A stretch of 62,069 nt of DNA, counting the filler. It is 5 parts of 5 records of this genome, joined end to end, with 100 filler letters (N's around TTAATTAATTAA, not from the genome) between each part and the next. Parts side by side here need not be neighbours in the genome. Positions count along the whole stretch, not along the records: positions 1 to 13,966 come from SRR2962707_2145; positions 14,067 to 24,411 come from SRR2962707_2146; 3 more parts are not named here. One strand, 5' to 3'. Position numbers and translations under genes: made by a program. Positions 8,139 to 17,000 of this stretch are shown piece after piece. Under the pieces are notes generated by a model. That model was given only the letters and a program-made list of their open reading frames with translations, was not told the DNA's origin and ran no database searches. Numbering within the stretch: position 1 is the first letter of the stretch; every line of letters begins with the position of its first letter.

Positions 8139-9836
8139 GTGTATCTCGCATCGCTTCGAAAGAAACTCGATTTGTTTTACCGACTGCAGCCTGTTCTGGT
8201 TTTTATCGTTGTCGCGTTTGTCGGCATGCTGACGGCGGTCGCCTCTTGGTACACCATTGACCAGGCCAACCGTCTGACATTCGTGGGAATGACGGTCGAT
8301 GCCGTGCAGCGGGTCGGAGACCGCATCGAAAACCATATGCTGCTGATAAAATCGGTAGAGGCTCACTTCCAGGCCACCGGTGAAGTGCCCGATGTGAACG
8401 CCTTCAAGACATTTGTGAGCTACCTGCAAAAGGCAGAACAGTTCAATGGCGTACAGGGACTTGGCTTTGCGCGCTATGTGCAGACCGGGGCGCAATCCGA
8501 TCAGGCCATTTCTGCGGAATTGAACAGCAATTACGGACTGTCTCGCACACCCTGGCCAGAGACCGGCGAAGACTACCGGACACCCATCGTCATGCTGGAG
8601 CCTGCAAACGAGCTCAACCGCCGGGCGCTGGGATTTGACATGTATTCCGAGCCGACCCGCCGGGCGGCTATCCTGGCTGCGTTGTCCGAGCAGAGATTGC
8701 GTGCATCGGGGACAGTGAAGCTTGTGCAGGAGGATCAGCAGGATCCACAGGCGGGCTTCCTCATGTACACTCCATTTTTCGCTCCGAATTCCGGCCGGCC
8801 GCTGGGGTTCATCTACGCGCCGTTTCGCATCACCAACCTGTTCGAATCCGCGCTCAACCGGTCGCCGACATTGCCGATCCACGTAACGGCCTGGGACGGG
8901 GAACCAACCGATGCAAGCCTGATCTATCAATCCCTCAACAGGCCCAGCCAACGCATGGATGCGCCTCCTGCGTCGCTGATTTCGATCGAAGTGGCCGGAC
9001 GCAGCTGGACCGTGGAAATCCGTGCCTCGGAAATCTACCGTCCGCCGGTTGATCAAACCCGAACCATCATGCTGGCGATTGCCGGACTTCTGCTAGCCGG
9101 CACCCTGGCTGCCTCGTCACGTGCCCAGCAACGCACAATAGAGGTTGGCGAAGCCCTGCGGCAGCAATCGGAACGGGCATTGAGTGACCGCGAGTTCCTG
9201 CTGCAGGAAATGAAGCACCGGATCAAGAACATGATTGCCCGGGTGATGGCGATGTCACGACAAACGGCGCGCTCGGCTGAAGACCTGGCGGATTTCACCC
9301 AGTCCTTCACGGCACGGCTGCAGGCAATGGCCGCCTCTCAGGACCTGCTCGCCCGTACGGCCTGGCAAAGTGCCGACCTCAAAACACTTCTCGCTCAGGA
9401 GCTTCGGCAGCTGTTTGGCGGCAACATGGACGAGACCAAACTCAAGGGCCCGACCATAGAGCTCAACGAAGCTGCTTCTCAGGCCTTCGGGCTGGCTTTC
9501 CACGAGCTTGCCACCAACGCCCTCAAATACGGCTCAGCGCAATCGGACTCCGGGAAACTCGACATCTGGTGGCATATCGAGCCTGGTGCGGACAAGCGAG
9601 AGACCCTGATGTTTTACTGGCGAGAGCGCAGCGACACACCGCTTGATGAGCAGAACTCGAGCGCGCTTGCCAAAAAGGGTGGCTTCGGCACGAAACTGCT
9701 TGATGCAACCATGCGCGTGGAGCTGGGCGGTTCCATCAACATCGTTCCCGACGAGTACGGGATCGATGTCACAATCACCGTGCCTTATGACCGCGTAAAG
9801 GCAAGCTTCCAGCCGTCCGCGGCCGCAAACAGGTAA
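8139..9836 (+). CDS. membrane-bound CHASE-domain HWE histidine kinase
   Basis: TM-CHASE (NRRALGFDMYSEPTRRAA, LVQE, GFIYAPFR)-TM; EMKHRIKN, FHELATNALKYG, YWRE, GGFGTKL. Confidence 0.92.
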   Translation: MYLASLRKKLDLFYRLQPVLVFIVVAFVGMLTAVASWYTIDQANRLTFVGMTVDAVQRVGDRIENHMLLIKSVEAHFQATGEVPDVNAFKTFVSYLQKAEQFNGVQGLGFARYVQTGAQSDQAISAELNSNYGLSRTPWPETGEDYRTPIVMLEPANELNRRALGFDMYSEPTRRAAILAALSEQRLRASGTVKLVQEDQQDPQAGFLMYTPFFAPNSGRPLGFIYAPFRITNLFESALNRSPTLPIHVTAWDGEPTDASLIYQSLNRPSQRMDAPPASLISIEVAGRSWTVEIRASEIYRPPVDQTRTIMLAIAGLLLAGTLAASSRAQQRTIEVGEALRQQSERALSDREFLLQEMKHRIKNMIARVMAMSRQTARSAEDLADFTQSFTARLQAMAASQDLLARTAWQSADLKTLLAQELRQLFGGNMDETKLKGPTIELNEAASQAFGLAFHELATNALKYGSAQSDSGKLDIWWHIEPGADKRETLMFYWRERSDTPLDEQNSSALAKKGGFGTKLLDATMRVELGGSINIVPDEYGIDVTITVPYDRVKASFQPSAAANR

Positions 9837-9922
9837 GAGACGGCCTGTCCCCGTCGACATCGGTCCGATCCGACCTTGGCGGCCTTTGCTGCAAACCCCA
9901 GAAACAATAAGAGTTTTCACCG

Positions 9923-9947
9923 GGAACGATTGTGCCCGCCCCGCATT
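9923..9947 (+). promoter_or_regulatory. EcfG-type promoter
   Basis: GGAAC-gattgtgcccgccccg(16)-CATT. Confidence 0.7.
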
Positions 9948-9973
9948 GTCCCTGTTTACAAAGGGGCAAGTGA

Positions 9974-11089
9974 ATGAAGCGTCTGTACCGCATGGAACCG
10001 CCGGTTGTGCGGATTGCTGCCAAGACCGGTATGGATGCCGGACTGCAATCAACGGCCCGCATTGCCCTCATCCTAACCGGACTGATTTTGACACTTGCAG
10101 CGCTTGATCAGGCCCAACCATTTCTCGCCCCGGTCTCTCTTGCTGTTATCACCGGGCTGATGGCCGCTCCTGTCGCTTCAGCTCTCGAGCGGTTCATCCC
10201 CGCCTCATTGGCAGCCGCGACAGTCGTCATCCTGTTTCTGGCACTCATTGGGTCTGCTGTGGCGCTGTTTTCAATGCCGCTTTCGATCTGGACTGAACGC
10301 TTGCCGGAAATCTGGCATGAGATGCAGCGCCATCTGATCAACTGGCGCACCGTGTTCGACACTCTTGGCGGCGTTCAGGAGCAGATCCGGACAATTGCTG
10401 GCGGCAAGGCCGAGATGACGGTTGATATTGCAGACAATTCTGCAGTCGAGGAGATCGCCACGCTGGCGCCGGCACTGATGGCACAGATCATCCTGTTCCT
10501 GGCCAGCCTGTATTTCTTCATGGCGACGCGCCATGACATCCGGACAAGCGTGCTGTCGCTGTGTTTCAACCGACGCTCGCGGTTGAGAACCGCCAGAATG
10601 TTCAGGGACGCGGAATGGTTCGTCTCTCGCTATCTGCTGTCAATTACCGTTATCAATGCGGGCCTCGGCATTGCAACCACCGCAGCGATGTGGCTGCTTG
10701 ATGTGCCGCAGCCGTATCTGTGGGGCATGCTGGCATTCTGCCTCAACTACATTGTCTATATCGGTCCTGCAGCCATGGCGGTCATTCTTGTCGGTGTCGG
10801 CCTGGCAACGTGGGATAGCCCGCCTGCGATTTTCCTGCCGGTCGGCGCCTATCTGACACTCAACATGATTGAAGCGCAGTTTGTGACGCCGCAGGTCATC
10901 GGACGCTCAGTGACACTCAACCCGTTCTTCGTGTTTTTATCGCTGGCTTTCTGGATCTGGCTCTGGGGTCCGGTTGGTGGCTTGCTCGCAGTGCCTTTCC
11001 TGCTTGTCGCCTATGCGGTGATACGGAATGCATTTCCGGTCCGCACGAGCCCAGCTCACATCAGACAACAAACTCTCAAAAAAAATTGA
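9974..11089 (+). CDS. AI-2E family transporter (UPF0118)
   Basis: LNYIVYIGP, IEAQFVTPQVIGRSVTLNP, WLWGPVGGLLAVP motifs. Confidence 0.9.
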   Translation: MKRLYRMEPPVVRIAAKTGMDAGLQSTARIALILTGLILTLAALDQAQPFLAPVSLAVITGLMAAPVASALERFIPASLAAATVVILFLALIGSAVALFSMPLSIWTERLPEIWHEMQRHLINWRTVFDTLGGVQEQIRTIAGGKAEMTVDIADNSAVEEIATLAPALMAQIILFLASLYFFMATRHDIRTSVLSLCFNRRSRLRTARMFRDAEWFVSRYLLSITVINAGLGIATTAAMWLLDVPQPYLWGMLAFCLNYIVYIGPAAMAVILVGVGLATWDSPPAIFLPVGAYLTLNMIEAQFVTPQVIGRSVTLNPFFVFLSLAFWIWLWGPVGGLLAVPFLLVAYAVIRNAFPVRTSPAHIRQQTLKKN

Positions 11090-11097
11090 ACCCGTCG

Positions 11098-11122
11098 GGA
11101 ACAACATGCGGTCGAGACCGTT
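11098..11122 (+). promoter_or_regulatory. EcfG-type promoter
   Basis: GGAAC-aacatgcggtcgagac(16)-CGTT. Confidence 0.8.
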
Positions 11123-11211
11123 GATGGCCTGTAACCACCGCCGAGCCGGTCCAGCGCTCTCACACACGGCCCAGCCCGGCGGGCACCTTTCGATGCAAAG
11201 AGGAAATTACC

Positions 11212-12126
11212 ATGTTCAAGATGCTTTTGGCCAGTACCGCACTCGCAACGCTTGTTACCACATCCGTGATGGCGGCAAGCACCACAACAAACGCAACAGC
11301 AACTACGACCGCAACCGGTTCTGAGACCGTTGTTACCACTGACACCAACGCCGCAATTCACGGCAGCAACCTTGCAAGCGACCTGATCGGTTCCGCCGTC
11401 TACGGTTCGGCTTCAGAAGATGCTGACATGATCGGCGACATCAACGATATCGTGATTACGCCCGAAGGCGACGTCGCTTCCATCATCGTCGGCGTTGGCG
11501 GCTTTCTGGGTATCGGCGAGAAGGACGTTTCCGTCAGCTACGACACCATTGAATGGGTCGACCGCGATGGCGATCGCTGGCTCGTTGCCAACATGACCCG
11601 TGAGCAGCTCGAAGCCGCTCCGGCATTTGATCGCGACACGCTTTACACCGAAGCTCGCTCCACTGACGAAAACATGAACGCAACCGGCCAGATGGCAGCC
11701 GAAGACAAGACTGCTGAAAACATCGAAAACGGCGACAGCGCCGTCGAGATGGCCGAAGAGAAGACCACTTCCATCGACCGGTCGGCAATGACTCAGGTGA
11801 CCACTGAAGACCTGACAGCCGACAATCTGATCGGCCGCACGGTCTACAGCTCCACTGACGAAAACATCGGTGAAGTTGGTGACGTTCTGCTGACAGCTGA
11901 CAACAAGGTCGAAGGCTTTATCCTCGACGTTGGCGGCTTCCTCGGAATGGGCGAAAAGCAGGTCGCCATTTCTCCCGAGAAGCTCGACATCCGTGCCGAC
12001 GCGGATGGCGAACTGACTGTCTTCACGCCGTTCACCAAGGACCAGCTCGAAGCCCAGAAGGAATACTCCAAGGAGACTTGGGAAGCCGAGCGTGACAACG
12101 TGATCCTTGTTGTTCCAGCTGGCTAA
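11212..12126 (+). CDS. secreted protein with two PRC-barrel domains
   Basis: Signal peptide; two copies of A(S/D)xLIGxxVY...IG(D/E)(I/V)xD...VGGFLG(I/M)GEKxV. Confidence 0.92.
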   Translation: MFKMLLASTALATLVTTSVMAASTTTNATATTTATGSETVVTTDTNAAIHGSNLASDLIGSAVYGSASEDADMIGDINDIVITPEGDVASIIVGVGGFLGIGEKDVSVSYDTIEWVDRDGDRWLVANMTREQLEAAPAFDRDTLYTEARSTDENMNATGQMAAEDKTAENIENGDSAVEMAEEKTTSIDRSAMTQVTTEDLTADNLIGRTVYSSTDENIGEVGDVLLTADNKVEGFILDVGGFLGMGEKQVAISPEKLDIRADADGELTVFTPFTKDQLEAQKEYSKETWEAERDNVILVVPAG

Positions 12127-12154
12127 CCAGCCAAAGTTCCCCTCCCGCCTTGAT

Positions 12155-12186
12155 GGCCGCCGGTTAATTCCGGCGGCCTTTTTTTT
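12155..12186 (+). terminator. intrinsic terminator
   Basis: GGCCGCCGG-TTAATT-CCGGCGGCC followed by T8. Confidence 0.85.
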
Positions 12187-12208
12187 CGCAATTCGCCCGT
12201 CAAACAGC

Positions 12209-12233
12209 GGAACCTTCGTGGCTGCGATGCGTT
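12209..12233 (+). promoter_or_regulatory. EcfG-type promoter for the DUF883-to-dps operon
   Basis: GGAAC-cttcgtggctgcgatg(16)-CGTT. Confidence 0.8.
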
Positions 12234-12265
12234 GGTCTGGTGAAATCAAAAAGGAGAGATTGAAG

Positions 12266-12601
12266 ATGGCTGCTACCAGCAAATCAACACGTTCGAACGG
12301 CAACGCCAATCCGGTTGTCGATGATATTGCCGAGCGCGCTGCGCGCATCCGCGAAGAGCTTGCTGCACTTAGTGAAGCGCTTGCCGGTGCCGGCGCGCTG
12401 AAGTCTGGCGTTGCGCGCGAAGCAGCAGAACACAAGCTCGACGAGCTGTTGCAGAGCGGCGAGAAGATTGTTGCCGAGCTGTCTGACCAGTACTCGCGTG
12501 CCGAGAAACAGGTCAGTGCAACTGTTCGTGACAAACCGCTTCAATCGCTTGGCGTCGCGGTGGCTGCCGGCTTCCTCGCAGCATTCATCATGCGCCGGTA
12601 A
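12266..12601 (+). CDS. DUF883 (ElaB/YqjD) family protein
   Basis: AAGGAG RBS; C-terminal VRDKPLQSLGVAVAAGFLAAFIMRR anchor. Confidence 0.88.
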   Translation: MAATSKSTRSNGNANPVVDDIAERAARIREELAALSEALAGAGALKSGVAREAAEHKLDELLQSGEKIVAELSDQYSRAEKQVSATVRDKPLQSLGVAVAAGFLAAFIMRR

Positions 12602-12607
12602 GACAGG

Positions 12608-13021
12608 ATGTCCCCGGTCCTCCCCCTCACCTCGCTTGTCTCGGCTTATGCCGGGGCAAAAGCCCGGCAGTTGCGCCGCGATGCCTTTCTGTTCGGATTC
12701 GTCTGTCTGATGGCCGTGATGGCGACCGCAGCCCTTTTCGGCGCTTTCGCGGTGCTGATGGCTGAGACTTACGGGCTGATTTACGGCTTGCTGGCAGCTG
12801 CCGGATTGGCCCTCGTGCTGGCTCTCATTGCCATCGCGATCCGATCGCTTCTTCGCTACAGAGCCCGGCGCCGTATGGGCTCGGTGATGGCAGGCAGAGC
12901 CTCGATGCTCGCGGTCTCGTCCGCTTCCGGGATAATCGCGCGAAACAAGTCGACAGCAATTATCGCCGGCCTGGTTATCGGCGCGCTCGCCGGCACCATG
13001 ATGCGCTCCAACAACGACTAA
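12608..13021 (+). CDS. hypothetical membrane protein, typical DUF883 operon partner
   Basis: Two to three TM helices; 6 nt downstream of DUF883. Confidence 0.75.
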   Translation: MSPVLPLTSLVSAYAGAKARQLRRDAFLFGFVCLMAVMATAALFGAFAVLMAETYGLIYGLLAAAGLALVLALIAIAIRSLLRYRARRRMGSVMAGRASMLAVSSASGIIARNKSTAIIAGLVIGALAGTMMRSNND

Positions 13022-13063
13022 GGCCCTTTCATTGCCACCATGGCCAGAATCAGGAGTTTTGAA

Positions 13064-13270
13064 ATGAACAAGCCAATCGATCCGATCAAGGTGCGCCAGG
13101 CGCGCCAGGGCAAGCCGGTTCTGGCAATTCTCGCCGCAAGCATGGTTCTCGCCATCATTGCCGGTTGGGTGCTCTGGGGCGTGATGGCCGAGGATACCGA
13201 TTCCACAATGGCTGACGGGGCTTCCCTGTCGCACCAGCATTCCACTCCGGATGCGCCCTCAACACTTTGA
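13064..13270 (+). CDS. small single-TM hypothetical protein
   Basis: CAGGAG RBS; KVRQARQGKPVLAILAASMVLAIIAG. Confidence 0.7.
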   Translation: MNKPIDPIKVRQARQGKPVLAILAASMVLAIIAGWVLWGVMAEDTDSTMADGASLSHQHSTPDAPSTL

Positions 13271-13310
13271 ATTTCAACCACTATTGAACAAACCAAAAAG
13301 GAACCAGATC

Positions 13311-13826
13311 ATGGCAAAAACCGCAATCGCAAGCCTTACACCTGAGGCCTCCAACGACCGCATCAATACCGGCCTCAAGGCTGACTACCGCAAATCAATG
13401 GCCAAGGACCTTTCCGACATCCTGGCGGCAACCTACCGTCTGACGATCAAGAGCCATATCTATCACTGGAACGTGGTTGGTCCGATCTTCAAGCCGATCC
13501 ATGAACTGACCGAAGAACATTACAATGAGCTGTTCGGCGCAACAGATATCATTGCCGAGCGGATCCGTGCACTGGGTCACCTGGCGCCAGTCAGCCTCGG
13601 CATGGCAAAGTCTTTTGCCCCGAGCGAATCCGACGTTGACCAGGCCTCGGCTCACGACATGGTTGCTGATCTGATCAAGGACCATGAGCAGGCCGTTCGC
13701 GACATGCGCAAGGCTGCCGGCGATGCGGGAGACAATGGCGACAATGTCACCGAAGACATGCTGACTGCCCGCCTGACATTCCACGAGAAGGCCCTGTGGA
13801 TGCTGCGCGCCGTCGTTGCCAACTGA
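13311..13826 (+). CDS. dps: Dps DNA starvation/stationary phase protection protein
   Basis: HIYHWNVVGPIFKPIHELTEEHY...DIIAERIRALG...HEKALWML ferroxidase motifs. Confidence 0.95.
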   Translation: MAKTAIASLTPEASNDRINTGLKADYRKSMAKDLSDILAATYRLTIKSHIYHWNVVGPIFKPIHELTEEHYNELFGATDIIAERIRALGHLAPVSLGMAKSFAPSESDVDQASAHDMVADLIKDHEQAVRDMRKAAGDAGDNGDNVTEDMLTARLTFHEKALWMLRAVVAN

Positions 13827-13852
13827 TCAGACTGATCTTTGCAACCTCCTCA

Positions 13853-13937
13853 GGGGCAGAGGCCAACCGGCTTCTGCCCTTTTTGCATGATGCAAGCAAA
13901 CTGAAGACATAAAAAAACCCGCCGAAGCGGGTGTTTT
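13853..13937. terminator. two terminator hairpins between convergent dps and tRNA
   Basis: GGGCAGAGGCC-AACC-GGCTTCTGCCC-TTTT and AAAAAAACCCGC-CGAA-GCGGGTGTTTT. Confidence 0.7.
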
Positions 13938-13938
13938 A

Positions 13939-13966
13939 TGGTGCGGTCGAGAAGACTCGAACTTCC
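13939..13966 (-). tRNA. 3' end of a tRNA, probably tRNA-Leu (partial, contig edge)
   Basis: Minus strand GGAAGTTCGAGTCTTCTCGACCGCACCA: T-arm GTTCGA, acceptor strand, discriminator A and encoded CCA; anticodon not present. Confidence 0.8.
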
Positions 13967-14066
13967 NNNNNNNNNNNNNNNNNNNNNNNNNNNNNNNNNN
14001 NNNNNNNNNNTTAATTAATTAANNNNNNNNNNNNNNNNNNNNNNNNNNNNNNNNNNNNNNNNNNNN
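13967..14066. other. artificial contig spacer
   Basis: N44-TTAATTAATTAA-N44 (stops in all six frames). Confidence 0.98.
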
Positions 14067-14090
14067 GTTGTTGTTGTTGTTGTTGTTGTT
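14067..14090. repeat. (GTT)8 microsatellite at contig end
   Basis: Directly visible. Confidence 0.95.
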
Positions 14091-14099
14091 GCCGCATTA

Positions 14100-17000
14100 T
14101 CACGGTCTCACTGGCGTTTCAAACTTGTACTCGGGTGCAGGGGTGTCGGAGGCTTCACCGGGACAACACGGCGCACTCTGTACGCTCCAACCACCTTCCG
14201 CGTCGGTACGGGCTATGACGTGCAAATGCGCTATGGACCAACCATCGGTGGCGGGCACGCGGCCAGCCTGGACGTCGGCCCAGACGCCGTCAGACTCTTT
14301 TTGCACAGCGTCCAAAACCGAACTGCCGTAGGGACCTCCGGCATTCGCTTCAACCAGCGCGCGAGAAATTTGAATTTGCTTCTCGGTCCGAACACTCGCA
14401 GCGGTGGGGGGCTGTCTTGATAAATTCTGAAGCTCCCGCAACGCATGATTGCCATCTTTCATTTCACGAAGCATGCGCGAGTCCACAGACTGTTTCGCAA
14501 AGTAAATATCATTGATTGAAAAGTGGACAACCAAGCGTCTGTACCCGCTCGAGGCTGGAAAGCAGTGGTCCATGTACGAAAACATAGATGCGTTGCGACC
14601 TGAGCGGGTCACAGCGGAGAAATACAAGCGTCAGCACACGAACTTGCAGCTTGAGAAACGGTGCACGGACGTGGCAACATACCACTTGTTTCTACCATGA
14701 CGTTCATGCGTCTGTCGCGGGCTGCCTCGAGCAAAATTATGCCAACTAGCTCAGCAATCTTCCGATATCTAACATGAGGAGCATCGATACACATTTTGAT
14801 GGCATGGTGGTAAAAAAGCACGTTTCATCAAATAAAAAACACTAAAAGCATGGAGCAAACACAACCTTGCAAATATGGCATCCTTGAGCGCAGCGTAAGC
14901 GCCGATCGTGCTCTCGTGCGGCTGAAGTTGATACAGCAGTCGGAATTCTTCGTTGGCCATTGTCGCGACTATGTGGTCGAGTTGACGGAAAAAACTGTTT
15001 TTCCCGGTTGGAATCCATTCCGTGTCTTTCACTGCCCCCAGCATTACAAACAGTGAGCCGGTCACTAGCATGCCACATCCGTTGCGCGTGGCGCACGCGC
15101 GTGCGGGGTTGGGGGGAGGGGGAAATTTCAAGTGAACAATGACACGTACGGCCAAGTGAGTCGGACAAAGCGTTTGCAAACCACGGTTGATGCACGGCTG
15201 TTGTCTTTCTGATTCCATTCAAGCCTGCAATAAGGACAGCCCACGGTTGGGCCGAAGCGCCTAGAATTCACATCAAGCGCATTTCAATAGCTGGCAGAGT
15301 GCACACGGTGCTGGGCATTCCCGAGCCTGAATTGTTGCAGAAAAGTGCACCACAAACCACGTTGCTGAGCGTGACACAGTGCATCGTCCCAGTTGCCTTC
15401 CTGTAACACCCTGAAGAACAAACGTTTGAAGGCCACACTGTCCAACGCAGGCAGAACTGATGCCAACTTTGCGGCGACTTTGGAGGTGTCCGACCAAACC
15501 TAGTACGGACGCAGTCAAGAAAATCAATCTACCAGAGCAGCATCGTCCGGCCTCCCGGCAGTTTTTACCGCAACTGAAAAAACAATTGCCCTTTCAAACG
15601 AACCGCATACGCAGTGTGTGCGTGCTGTTGCAAAATTGATCGAAGCGTTGCCGTATTCAAGCCCGATGTTGATGCCCCCTGCACGTCGATCAGGTTTGCA
15701 ATTGACTGCAGCGCACGCTGCAGTTCAGCCTCCGAAAAGGGTAGATGGGAGGTGTGATGACTCAGGAGCTCGTCCGCTCGCGCATGAATGGCTTCAAGAG
15801 ACGTTGCCGAAAACGACGATCTGGTCTCCGCTGACGCTGCTGTTGATGCCAAAACACTGGCGACGTCACCCCCGCCATGTCTGGATATTCGAGACTGGCA
15901 GAATTGAGCTGTCTCAATGACGAGCTTCAAAGTGCCGACAAAAGCCAAGATCCCCCCGACAACTATCACAGCAATTGTTTCCCAATCAAAATTGTGGGTT
16001 ATCGTTGCCACTGAAGCTGTAAAACTTGGTCTTGCATCTTTGGCGAGCAATCCATGACTGGCTCGATAAGGTGCCCTCGCCTTTAACCACTCCGAAACAT
16101 CGACCCAACCAAGTTCAATGAGCCAGTGCCGAAGGTTCAAACGTCCAATTGTAACCAGCACAGGAATGTGCTGCAAGAAGTTGGACTCGGAGTCAACCTA
16201 TGGTCAACACGAAGGGTGAAGACAGTTAAAAATGTACTGCATTAACTGTGGGCTGTAGTCCAGCAAAGTTGCTGCCAAAGTGGCACGGGCCTGAAGCATC
16301 TCCAGAGACCTTGTGTACTCAACCCGGGCTGCTGTCACATTGAGCGTACATCCGAGCCCAACTTCGAGCATGTAACCGACATTGAACGTGGCCTGCACAA
16401 AAGAAATGGACAAGGTCGTCAACGTCCATCGACGCCAAACCTTGACATCACTGGAACATGCAGCGAGCTGAATACCTGCGCATCTCCAGCGGATTTGGCC
16501 TTTGAGTACCACAAAAATGCAGTTGGGTAATCCACGGAACACCCACCCATTCCGTAGAAATAGAAATCGCCTAGCCTGTGCAAAGTGCAACGTTGGTAAA
16601 ATTTTCAAGCACGTATGGTGTCGCAGGATGTCAGCAACGCGAACAAGACTTCAAGTCCCGTACCGCAGCATAGCTTCAACACTTCCTTGGCCCGCAGATT
16701 CTAAATACAGATTCTTTGCGATGGCACCAACGGAAACCGACCCAATTGTTGTTGCGCGGACGGGATCCAGGTACCGATCGAAGAGGAATGCAGCGTTGTT
16801 CTGGCCTACTTCGTACCTGTAGTCGTTTTGTTGGTCCATTCGTGGGCGCTATGAGAGAGACATTCTACACCGCATCCAAGCGGTCGCATCGATCAGCCAT
16901 GTTGGTTCGAGCACGAACCCTGCATCTGCCGCCTCCAAATAAAGAAGCGCAGCAGCATCGATGTCTTTTGCCAGGAAACGATCAAAGGCGCCACGAAGAA

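Noticed and set aside
8115-13240. Long minus-strand ORFs 8115-9056, 11413-12534 and 12284-13240
   Set aside because: Antisense to well-supported genes in GC-rich, codon-biased DNA
13939-13966. tRNA 3' end as an att site making the GSR cluster a mobile island
   Set aside because: Truncated only by the contig edge and followed by its own terminator; no integrase or second att copy visible
14011-14022. Repeated TTAATTAATTAA motif (also 24456, 51394, 56601) as a biological repeat
   Set aside because: Always centred in N runs of fixed length; an artificial six-frame-stop linker
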